From Gemmatimonadota bacterium (GTDB taxonomy: Bacteria; JBHIER01; G020348925): 64,000 bases of DNA. Positions within the stretch are counted from its first letter, which is position 1. Every line of letters starts with the position of its first letter. Positions 37,857 through 47,527 of the stretch are shown piece by piece. The notes beneath the pieces were generated by a model, which worked only from the letters and a program-made list of their open reading frames with translations, was not told the origin of the DNA and ran no database searches. A program made the translations under genes and the position numbers. The stretch is from the NCBI GenBank assembly GCA_020348925.1, contig CP070758.1, positions 4,525,775 to 4,589,774 of the forward strand. The letters run 5' to 3'.

Positions 37857-39296
37857 ATCATTACGGGAAGAGTGACCGATGCCTCCACCGGATTGTCCCT
37901 TCCGAACATCATCATACTGGCCGAAGGGGATGTCGGGGGGGAAGACTATTATTTCACCCAGGCCCTGACGGATGAAAACGGGGACTACTCTGTGGGGGTG
38001 GAACCCGGAACATGGCAGGTTGTGGCCGTCGATTATATTCAGAATGAATACCAGTCATCGGATACACTGGCCGTAACCGTGGGCGAAGGCGAAACGAAGA
38101 CGCTCAATTTTCAACTCCAGAAATACACGTCCTTTGTGGAAGGCTACACCAAGAAACAGGACGGTACGCCTGTTCCCGGAATTGAGGTCATCGCCTACAC
38201 ACTTTCCTCGTTCAAGATATCCCTCGGGAATTCGAATGAACAGGGGTACTACAAACTGGGTGTGGATCCTGGTCAGGTTGTCGTTTCAACGCTCCTCGCA
38301 GCAACATCACAGGATCCTGACTGGCCGGCAGGGTACTACGCCGACCCGGGGACGGATACGGTCACGGTGACCGCCGGACAAACGGTCCAAGTTGATTTTA
38401 TCTTCAAACCTTATTCGGCCTTTATCGAGGGCGATTGTTGGGTGGATCAAACAGGATTGGCCGGCGTGGAAATAACGGCCATGTCCATGGATTTTCAGAC
38501 CTTTGAGTTCCACATATCCTTCGCCGTGTCGAACGCTCAGGGACATTACAGGATCGGTGTCATGCCCGGAACGGTCTCCATGTTGACGGCTTCCAGGGAC
38601 GGTTACGATATGACCTCACCCCTTGGCGGGTACATGGGGCTCACCATCGCCCAGGGGCAGACCATTACGGGCAAGGATTTTACTTTTGAAAGCATTTCCG
38701 GTGAGATGTCCATCAGCGGCCGGGTGACGTACGAGGCGGGCGGGGCGGCGAGTAACGTGTACGTCGTGGCTGTTTTGGATATGGAGAATTCTCCGGCGGG
38801 CTATCTCATCACCTCGACGGATGGGAGCGGGAACTACCGGTTCGACGGACTGATGGAGGGTGATTGGACGGTGGGTGTGTACAAAGAGGGGTATGGCTCC
38901 ACACCGGCCATGATCTATGAGTTCCTGTGGCCCGGCGTAGAGATTACGGATGCGGATTTCATTCTACAGGCGTCAACAGGGGTGGTGAAGGGTGATGTCA
39001 ACGATGATGGGGAGATCGACCTTTTCGATCTCCTGCTGATCGTCAATCATATTTTGGAGACCGAAACGTTGGACCCGGATGGCGTGACCAAGGCCGACTG
39101 CAACAACGATGGAGCGATCGACCTTTTGGACCTGTTGGGGATTGTGAACGTCATCCTGGGAACCGGTGCGTGCGAACCAGGAGCTTGTGGCAAGATCGTC
39201 TCTTTTTCAAGGAAGCATCTGGGCAAAATGTATTCCAGGGGGACGGGGCTCCGCAATCAAGCCCTGTTGAATAAGCACAAATTCCAACCGAGGTAA
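37857..39296 (+). CDS. C-terminal part of a protein with carboxypeptidase-regulatory-like (transthyretin/Cna-B-type) repeats and a dockerin
   Basis: Four repeats of the type ITGRVTD...TDENGDYSV.V.PG; dockerin KGDVNDDGEIDLFDL...ADCNNDGAIDLLDLL...ILGTGACEP. Confidence 0.8.
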   Translation: MITGRVTDASTGLSLPNIIILAEGDVGGEDYYFTQALTDENGDYSVGVEPGTWQVVAVDYIQNEYQSSDTLAVTVGEGETKTLNFQLQKYTSFVEGYTKKQDGTPVPGIEVIAYTLSSFKISLGNSNEQGYYKLGVDPGQVVVSTLLAATSQDPDWPAGYYADPGTDTVTVTAGQTVQVDFIFKPYSAFIEGDCWVDQTGLAGVEITAMSMDFQTFEFHISFAVSNAQGHYRIGVMPGTVSMLTASRDGYDMTSPLGGYMGLTIAQGQTITGKDFTFESISGEMSISGRVTYEAGGAASNVYVVAVLDMENSPAGYLITSTDGSGNYRFDGLMEGDWTVGVYKEGYGSTPAMIYEFLWPGVEITDADFILQASTGVVKGDVNDDGEIDLFDLLLIVNHILETETLDPDGVTKADCNNDGAIDLLDLLGIVNVILGTGACEPGACGKIVSFSRKHLGKMYSRGTGLRNQALLNKHKFQPR

Positions 39297-39364
39297 ATTC
39301 TTTCCCAGGGAATGGGGCACCCCAATCGATGCGGCTGCCCCTGGTCTCCGCCACAGAAATTTCT

Positions 39365-39397
39365 AAGCCACAGTTCGAAAAGAGCTGTGGCTTTTTT
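39365..39397 (+). terminator. Intrinsic terminator
   Basis: AAGCCACAGTTC-GAAAA-GAGCTGTGGCTT followed by a T tract. Confidence 0.8.
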
Positions 39398-39621
39398 CTT
39401 ATGCTATCGGAAAAGAGATGCAGATCAGAGAAAAAATATGGCGCACGGTTTTCCAGATGAGTGTGATGTCGCCATGAGAGGGAGACCTCCGGTGCAGGAG
39501 AACCATGTGTTCTGTGCCATTTCCCCAGGCCCCCGGACCTTTCCTCCGCCGGGGGCGTGATGCGCTTGAAGACCCGTTCATTCCGGTCACTTTCGATGTC
39601 AAAAAAAGGAAAGAAAAAGAC

Positions 39622-39650
39622 TTGACATCGAGAAAATTGGACTCTATTTT
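39622..39650 (+). promoter_or_regulatory. Putative sigma70 promoter overlapped by a 10-bp inverted repeat
   Basis: TTGACA (39622-39627), 17 nt spacer, TATTTT (39645-39650); TCGATGTCAA (39593-39602) pairs with TTGACATCGA (39622-39631). Confidence 0.6.
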
Positions 39651-40100
39651 TGACTGTTGAATGGGTTAAGTGAGCAAGCGTTTTGTCACCTCCGAACAGT
39701 TTTTCTGCCCACTTACATCATCTTGGGTCGACAACCTCATAACTACTTACGATACCAACATACATCTGAGCATATAAGGTCGATGGACTGTATGGCCTCA
39801 CGTGTCATAGACGCTCCCGTGAGCGGTTCGGGAAAAAAGAGTGTGGAGGGCTTTTTCTTTCCATATTTCTGGAAAGATCCTCGTCTCTTGTGAATAACAG
39901 AGGTTGAGAGGGTCTCTCAACCTCAACAAGGAGCCTTTGTGTCAAACGTATCCGAAGCCGACCTGTTCGGAAGGAGGTGAAAAGTCGTAGGAGGATGTCT
40001 ATCGTTTCGTTCGTACCGTGGGTCTTTTTCCGCGGCAAGTTTTTTCACGGATCCGTGTGCAGTGAGAAATTCTGCATAACTTCAGACAAAGGGGGGAACA

Positions 40101-43100
40101 ATGAATGTGCGATCGACGAAAGCAGTCGTGACAGTGGTGTTGATGGTCGCGATTGTTTTTACCGCTGTATTGAATCTCTCCGGCCAGACACTCAAGAGAA
40201 TGGACAGGAGGGTGGACCTGCCTGCGATTCCTGACCGCCCTCTCAATTCGGTGACTTCCGAGGAGGCGCGGAGGGCGGCCTTGGCCTGGTTGCAGAGCTG
40301 TCCCAGTTTTGTCAGCGGAGAGTATGCACCTGCTCCTGGTATGCTGGAAATCAAGGATCAGGAACAGAAGCAAACGGTTGCTTATGTTTTGGAGTTGGAG
40401 CCAAGGGGATTCATCATTGTCACACCGGACAGCGAGCTGAAACCCATCAAGGCCTTTTCGGAAAGTGCTCTTTTCGATCCCGCGGAGACACCTGAAAATA
40501 TCCTGCTGCATCTGTTGCGCCTTGATATATCCCAGAGGATAGACGCCCTGGATAGAGGTGTTCTCGGCTCGCATGAAAAGGCTGAGGCCCGCGCACTGTG
40601 GGAGGACTGTCTGGCCAAGGTTGATGCCCAGGGACGTGTGCTGGCGAAACGAGGTCCTGAAGAAATCCTGTGGGATGTGGAACATGGTCCCTTCCTCTCC
40701 TCAGAATGGGGGCAGGACACCGACGGAGATGACAATGCCACGTTTAATTACTACACTCCCCCCGGTCCTGACGGCACCTCTTCGAATTACGTCTGCGGTT
40801 GTGTGGCCACGGCCTTTGGGCAAATATGCAATTACTACGAGTGGCCTGATTCCGGAACCGGGTCCTACAGTTACACCTGGGACAACGGAACGGATCCAGC
40901 ACAGGTTTTGGCCGCCGACTTCGGGGGGACGACCTACGATTGGTTGAATATACTGGATATTTATCACAACGGAGGAAAAACTGCAACCCAGCGTCAGGCG
41001 GCCGGTGAGCTCTTGTACCATTGTGGTATAGCAGTGGATATGAATTATGACCACACAAGCCGAGGCGGTTCCGGGGCTGATGCAAGCAGAGTTGCTCGTG
41101 CCCTGGAAAACCATTTTCGTGGATCAGGAGTATGGGTGGAAGAAGCCGCAGCCAATTTTTGGGATCGTTTGTATAATAATATGGTCGCCCACCGCGCCGG
41201 AGAGCTCGCAATTCAGGATACGGGTCCGCCTACAACCGGCGGACACGCCGTGGTGGTTGATGGTGTCAGACACGACACCTTGGGAACAAAATTTTACCAT
41301 CTGAATATGGGATGGAGCGGCAGTCACGACACCTGGTATGATATTGCAAACCCTTTTGCTACGAGTATTTATACCTGGGACGTGGTGATCGGTTGTGTCT
41401 TGGACATCGTTCCCACTCCCGATTTGGACGATCCTGGCACGACGACCGCAAATCCTGATTTCGCGGTCACCTGGTCTGTCTCGGACAATTTGGATGCGAC
41501 GAAATATGAGCTGCAACAGGCGATTCCCGAAGCGCCACTTAGCAATTTTGCCGATGACGCTGAGGGCGGTACTGGGGACTGGATCGTGAAAGGTCTGTGG
41601 AGACAGTCAGATTACGACGCCCATGGAGGCACGTTCTCTTTTCAGGGAAACATTGCAGGAACAGGCGATGATTTTCGGCCGTTCAGTTCTCTCCAGCTTG
41701 ACAGAGCGCTCAAAATTGATCCTTCAACCACCATGGAATATTGGTGGGGAAGCCTCTATTTTGAATTCTACGAAGCCCGTCTCGAAATTTCGCCGGACGA
41801 GAAAGACTGGACGACGTTGAAGATCCACACGGAGAACAACACCGGTGCTATTGTCTGGCATCAGGAAGCGGTCACGGTGGGAGATTTGGCCGCGTATGTC
41901 GGCGAAGTTGTCTCTATAAGGTTTGTCGTAGAATTGCCTGGTTATTCCTATTTCGAACATGAACTAATTGGCTTTTACTTGGACGACTTCGCCATCCATA
42001 ACGGCTACATCGATGACTGGACCACTGTTGACAATAACATAACGACGGAATCGAAAGCCATCACCGCTACTCAGAGCGGCGATCACTGCTATCGCGTTCG
42101 GGCCTATGCTTCGGATTGGTATGACTGGTCCGATGTGGAGGTCATCAGTGTGAACCTCGACGCCGGCACCGATGTCGTCTTCATCATGGATATCACCAGC
42201 AGCACAGGGGCCCTCATGCCCGATTGGAAGAATGCGATCCCGTCCATTGCTCAGAACTGGAAGAATCAGGATCCCTGCGCCCGGTTTGCCCTCACCAGCC
42301 ATGCGGATTACCCTTTCTCGCCCTACGGTGATCCGGGACCTCCTCCGGAATGGGCTTACCGTGTTGAAACGACCTTCGATCCTGACATTACAAATTTAGA
42401 AGCGGCTCTGGGTGCCCTGCCGGAGTTATGGGGAAATGATGGCCCGGAATCCCAGTACGAGGCCATCTACCAGGTCTTGACCGGGGCGGGTCGGGACCTG
42501 GTGGACCCGGTCAACTATACGGATCCGGGCGAAATATTCCCGCAGAGTCTCGGTCAGTTGTTCCCACTCGTCATCTACCATTTCACCCACCCCGAAGTGT
42601 TTCACGACCGGGACGTCGAACCGGCCTATCCTTTCTCCGGTTCAAAACCGGTGGCCTCGAGAACGGATGTCCTGAACGAACTGCTTGCGGCCGGCGATTC
42701 GACCATGTTTATCGGGCTCACCTACGTCACCGGTCCTGCCCCGAAGAGGACTCCTGCGGCCGAGATGCAACAGGATGACAGATCAGCCCACAGGCGGGAG
42801 AGCATCGCCGCCGTCCAGAATGGTGGACCCTTGGCGGAGATGGCAGCCATCACCGGAGGGGCGGTGTTCGACGTCGGCTCGGATCTGTCCGGTCTGGGGG
42901 ATGCCATTGATTGTTCCATCATGCTCTACGGCGGTCCAGCAGGTGACGGCGATAACGACGGCGTTTCGAACAGTGAGGACAATTGCCCCTGTTACTACAA
43001 CGACGATCAGGCCAATGCGGACGGGGACATCGAGGGAGATGTGTGTGATGACTGTACGGACATCGATGGTGACGGCTACGGGAATCCAGGGTTTGCGGCC

Positions 43101-43989
43101 AACGAGTGCCCGGAGGATAACTGTCCGAATGTGGCCAATGGAGGTCAGATCAATTCGGATGGGGACAGCCACGGTGATGCCTGCGACAACTGCCCGAATA
43201 TGACCAACGAGGATCAGACCGATAGCGACGGTGACGGATACGGTGCCGCCTGCGAGTGCGATGATGCGAACCCCAAGAACTTCCCCGGCAACACCGAAGT
43301 GTGTGACGGTCTGGACAACGATTGCGACGGGCTTGTCGATCACAGCGATCCTGATTTTACGGGAAGCCCTGAATTTCATGTCGATGCCGAGCCGGAGGTG
43401 AACAGAGTGGGGTGGTATCGGAGTATCATCGGATCGGCGACCTATGATGTGACCGTCACCTCTCTCGATTGTTTTGATGGGACGGTGCAATTAAGTGTGA
43501 CGGGGTTTCCAGTCGGCTACCGGCGACACTATTTTAACCCGAGTGGAGTCGTGCTTCTTCCGCCAAGGAGCTCCGCGACGGTCAAGTTGGTGGTCGAGGT
43601 GACATCCCGAACGCCAGTGGGCGACTATGTCTTGACCGTCTCGGGGGGCGATGGGACTACGATCCTCAGCGACGATGTGATCATGGAGGTGAGACGACCA
43701 AGAGGCGTCAAGATAGTGGGAGAAGCCCCCTCGGACTATGTCCTATCTCAGAACTATCCGAATCCCTTCAATCCGCAGACGAACATCGAGTTTGGTCTGC
43801 CTGAAGAGGGGCGGGTGCGGCTGGCCGTGTACAATCTTCTGGGCCAGGAAGTGGAGGTCTTGGTCGATTCGGATCTTGAAGCCGGGTACTACAGCGTTTC
43901 TTGGGACGCCTCCGGAGTGACCACAGGCGTGTATTTCTTCCGTATCGTGGCATCGAACTATACGGAGACAAGGCGCATGGTTTTCATGA
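40101..43989 (+). CDS. Secreted C10 (streptopain-like) cysteine peptidase with Spi-like prodomain, vWA-like domain, TSP3 repeats, MopE-like motif and T9SS-type CTD (last codons in gap)
   Basis: WGQ...GCVATA (Cys), GGHAVVVDG (His), YHLNMGW; DVVFIMDITSS (MIDAS-like); DNCP repeats; EVCDGLDNDCDG; SQNYPNPFNP...YNLLGQEV...GVYF...RRMVFM. Confidence 0.88.
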
Positions 43990-44089
43990 NNNNNNNNNNN
44001 NNNNNNNNNNNNNNNNNNNNNNNNNNNNNNNNNNNNNNNNNNNNNNNNNNNNNNNNNNNNNNNNNNNNNNNNNNNNNNNNNNNNNNNNN
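43990..44089. other. Assembly gap (100 N)
   Basis: Run of 100 N. Confidence 0.99.
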
Positions 44090-44461
44090 GCAGTCTTCAC
44101 CTATTACGGATCGGCCCACACGGCGGCCGTCAAATACAGCGGTGAATTCAAAGTGGTTTACTTCGCCTTCGGTTACGAAGGGGTGGGAGCCTTCGGGACA
44201 GGCAACGCCAGATTGAGATCTTCTCTCATGGACAATATCATCGCCTGGTTTCGGTATGAGCCGCACAAGGGAGATGTCAATGAGGATGGAAACGTCGATA
44301 TCCTTGATGTGGTCGAGGCCGTAAACATCATTTTAGGGCTGGTGGAACCGACAACCGCTCAATTTTGGGCTGCCGATGTCACACAAGATGGGAGTATCGA
44401 CATTCTGGATGTCGTGAACATCGTGAACGTTATTCTCGGGCCAACGGTACCGATACGATAA
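44090..44461 (+). CDS. C-terminal fragment of a dockerin-bearing protein (paralogous to 28568-29122)
   Basis: AVFTY...AAVKYSGEFKVVYFAFGYEGV...; dockerin KGDVNEDGNVDILDVV...WAADVTQDGSIDILDVVNIVNVILG. Confidence 0.85.
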   Translation, partial: AVFTYYGSAHTAAVKYSGEFKVVYFAFGYEGVGAFGTGNARLRSSLMDNIIAWFRYEPHKGDVNEDGNVDILDVVEAVNIILGLVEPTTAQFWAADVTQDGSIDILDVVNIVNVILGPTVPIR

Positions 44462-44658
44462 AATCACGACATTCGTTCTGAGCTATGCTCCATAACACAG
44501 AAGAGAAATCGTGAAATTCACAAAAAGATTACATTGCTACGGTGCAACTATCGTCCAAATTCACACTCGGAAGAGAAGGCCGCCAGTGACATTCAATCCA
44601 TTGATCCTATCGATGAACGTTTTATGATTGAATGCTCACAGTCCTATACGGAGCAGTC

Positions 44659-47010
44659 ATGGTAAACAATTACCTCATCACTGCTATACGAAACATCAGA
44701 AAACACAAAGTTTTTTCATGCATCAATATTACTGGTCTTGCCGTGGGCATGTCGGTCTGTATGCTTATACTCCTATGGGTTCAGGATGAATTGAGCTTCG
44801 ACTCGTTTCATGAACATACGGACGATATTTACAGGGTCATCTCTGAGATTCATACAGCCGATCACATGTCTCACAACGCCAGAACTCCCAATCCCCTCGG
44901 TCCGATTCTCAAAGAGGACTTCCCCGAAATTGTCAATTTTGCCCGATTTCAGGGGTTCGACGGTTGGCTCGTTCAATCCGGGGACAAATCCTTTATCAAT
45001 GACAATCTGGGAACCGCCGATCCGTCCTTTTTCGAAATCTTCTCTTTTCCCTTTCTTCAGGGCGATCCGAAAACGGCACTCCAGGATCGCTACTCCATTG
45101 TCATCACAGAAGGGATGGCAAAAAAATACTTTGGAGACGAAGATCCTATGGGTAAAGTACTCACCATTCACCATGATTACACCGTCACAGGAATCATAGA
45201 AAACGTTCCCGAGAATTCCCACCTCCATTTTGACTGCATTTTTCCCCTAAAAAATATGGAATATTTTTGGGATGAAAATTTTGATGATTGGGAGCGAATC
45301 AAATATTACACTTACGTTCAAGTGCAACCTAAGAGCTCACACAAAATCGTGAGTCAAAAAATATCCAATGTGATAAGGGAAAATTTTCCACAATCTAACA
45401 CGACCGTTTATCTGCAGCCTTTGAAAGACATTCATCTTCGCTCGGACTTTGAATGGGATCTGGACAATTATGCCCAGGGCAACATAACCTATCTCTATAT
45501 TTTCGCACTCACGGCACTCTGTATCCTGTTGATCGCCTGCATCAACTTCATGAATCTATCCACAGCCCGATCGGCCAAGCGGGCACAGGAAGTTGGGATA
45601 CGAAAGGTCTCGGGGGCACGCAGATTGGACATCGTTCGCCAGTTCTTCGGCGAATCCATCCTCCTGACCTTCACATCCCTACTCTGCGCCGTGGGTCTGA
45701 CCTATCTACTCCTGCCTCTATTCAACGACTTGTCGAGCAAGCAGTTGAGTCTGAGGTGCGTCGTCAACGCCGGTTTTTTGATGGGACTTGCGGCAATTAC
45801 GGTTGCAACAGGAGTTGTCTCTGGAAGCTACCCTGCTCTGTATCTCTCCAAGTTTCACCCAGCACGGGTATTCAGAGGCATCTCTCGCTGGGGCACACAT
45901 ACAGGAACCTCTCTCCGAAAGACTCTGGTCATATTCCAGTTTGCTCTGACCATCATCCTCATTATCGGAACAACCGTCATACAGAATCAACTCCACTATC
46001 TGAAAAATAAAAACCTGGGTTTTACAAAAGACCACATCATTACCTTCGAATCAAGACACATGAATTATGAAGGGTTTCGAAACGAACTGCTGCAACATCC
46101 GAATATTCTGAGCATGACGCAGTCACACGCTCCAAATCGCCAACCATGGGGCGTTACCGGTTTCTACTGGGAGGGAAAAGATTACGATGAAGATATCATG
46201 CTCTATCCTGTGAATGTTGATTATGATTATGTACACACATTCGATATGAGAATGCTTGAAGGTCGTTTCTTTTCAAGAGAATATTCCACCGATGCGACAC
46301 AGGCGGCCATCGTGAATGAAACAGCAGTGAAGGTGATGAACATGGCTGCACCTGTCGGAAAACGTATTTCCCGCGGAGAGCATCAGGCGACGATCATCGG
46401 GGTTATCAAAGATTTTCATCAAAGCTCCCTGCACAATGAGATAGAACCGCTTATTCTGCGAATTTCCCAGGGCGGTCCTTACATCTGTGCCAGAATTCAC
46501 CCCCGAAATGTTTCGAAAACAATTGCCTCTATCGAAACGATATGGAGAAAATATGTGAAGGATTACCCCTTTACCTATGAGTTTCTCGATACATCGATCG
46601 AGAGGTACTATAAGAGTGAACAAAAAATGTGTGACATATTTGCATATTCCACCCTGCTGGCTATCTTCATCGCCTGCCTCGGGCTCTTTGGTCTGGCATC
46701 CTTCGTGACAGAACAACGAACAAAGGAGATCGGCATTCGTAAAATACTCGGCGCTTCATTTTCCGGGATTGTTTTCCTGCTGACCCGAGAATTCATTAAA
46801 TGGGTGCTCATGGCAAACGCCATCGCTTGGCCGATTGCCTACCTGGCCATGACCAGATGGCTGCAAGGCTTCGCCTTTCGAATCAATCTTGGAATATGGA
46901 TTTTCATTTTCTCATCGGCAATGACTATACTGATTGCGTTCAGTACAGTGAGTTATCAATCGCTGAAAGCTGCACTGATGAATCCTGTGAAGAGCTTAAG
47001 ATATGAATAA
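44659..47010 (+). CDS. Duplicated MacB/FtsX-type ABC permease, copy 1
   Basis: NYL..A.RN...INI.GLA.G; ACINFMNLSTARS..RA.EVGIRK; CLGLFGL...EQRTKEIGIRK.LGA; NPVKSLRYE. Confidence 0.92.
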   Translation: MVNNYLITAIRNIRKHKVFSCINITGLAVGMSVCMLILLWVQDELSFDSFHEHTDDIYRVISEIHTADHMSHNARTPNPLGPILKEDFPEIVNFARFQGFDGWLVQSGDKSFINDNLGTADPSFFEIFSFPFLQGDPKTALQDRYSIVITEGMAKKYFGDEDPMGKVLTIHHDYTVTGIIENVPENSHLHFDCIFPLKNMEYFWDENFDDWERIKYYTYVQVQPKSSHKIVSQKISNVIRENFPQSNTTVYLQPLKDIHLRSDFEWDLDNYAQGNITYLYIFALTALCILLIACINFMNLSTARSAKRAQEVGIRKVSGARRLDIVRQFFGESILLTFTSLLCAVGLTYLLLPLFNDLSSKQLSLRCVVNAGFLMGLAAITVATGVVSGSYPALYLSKFHPARVFRGISRWGTHTGTSLRKTLVIFQFALTIILIIGTTVIQNQLHYLKNKNLGFTKDHIITFESRHMNYEGFRNELLQHPNILSMTQSHAPNRQPWGVTGFYWEGKDYDEDIMLYPVNVDYDYVHTFDMRMLEGRFFSREYSTDATQAAIVNETAVKVMNMAAPVGKRISRGEHQATIIGVIKDFHQSSLHNEIEPLILRISQGGPYICARIHPRNVSKTIASIETIWRKYVKDYPFTYEFLDTSIERYYKSEQKMCDIFAYSTLLAIFIACLGLFGLASFVTEQRTKEIGIRKILGASFSGIVFLLTREFIKWVLMANAIAWPIAYLAMTRWLQGFAFRINLGIWIFIFSSAMTILIAFSTVSYQSLKAALMNPVKSLRYE

Positions 47011-47100
47011 CCTTCGGAACTTACAGAACTCTATGAAGGAGGGTGCAAGAATTCATTCTCCGTTCACCTTTTTCATTTTACCAGCCTGTTGGGAGAAGTG

Positions 47101-47374
47101 ATGTTTAAAAACATACTGAAGTCGGCTCTTCGAAATATCGCCAAAAATAAGTTGTTTTCGTTTATCAGTGTTGTCGGTCTCTCTCTGGCTATTGGCTGTT
47201 TTACCGTTTTGTTTATCTTTGTCGATTTTTGGAACAGCATGGACTCTTTTCATGAGAATGTTGACGAGATTTTCCTGGTAGAAATAGTGATCGATCATAT
47301 CGCTAGTAACGGTGTTTTCACAGATAGCCAAGGCTGCAAGATCGAACCCGGTTGATACGTTGAGTAGTGAATGA
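47101..47374 (+). pseudogene. Internally deleted permease copy (N-terminus fused out of frame to C-terminus)
   Basis: MFKNILKSALRNIAKNK...EIVID, then in another frame IISLVTVFSQIAKAARSNPVDTLSSE* (47294-47374). Confidence 0.85.
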
Positions 47375-47409
47375 TGGTTCGTGAAACATAATTTATGGCT
47401 TTCCACACC

Positions 47410-47438
47410 AATCCTGTGAGAGTCTGAGATATGAATGA
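47410..47438 (+). pseudogene. C-terminal remnant of a further permease copy
   Basis: AAT CCT GTG -AG AGT CTG AGA TAT GAA TGA reads NPV(x)SLRYE* with a 1-nt deletion. Confidence 0.7.
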
Positions 47439-47527
47439 TAATCAAAGGTTGAACAAAGGAGAACATGGACTGAGGAATCAGATTTTTTCAGTCATACATC
47501 TCCCCTTTTCCTTTGTTTGGAGAAACC

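Noticed and set aside
20998-44461. Classical cellulosome
   Set aside because: No glycoside hydrolase, CBM3 or SLH domains were recognised among the cohesin and dockerin proteins here.
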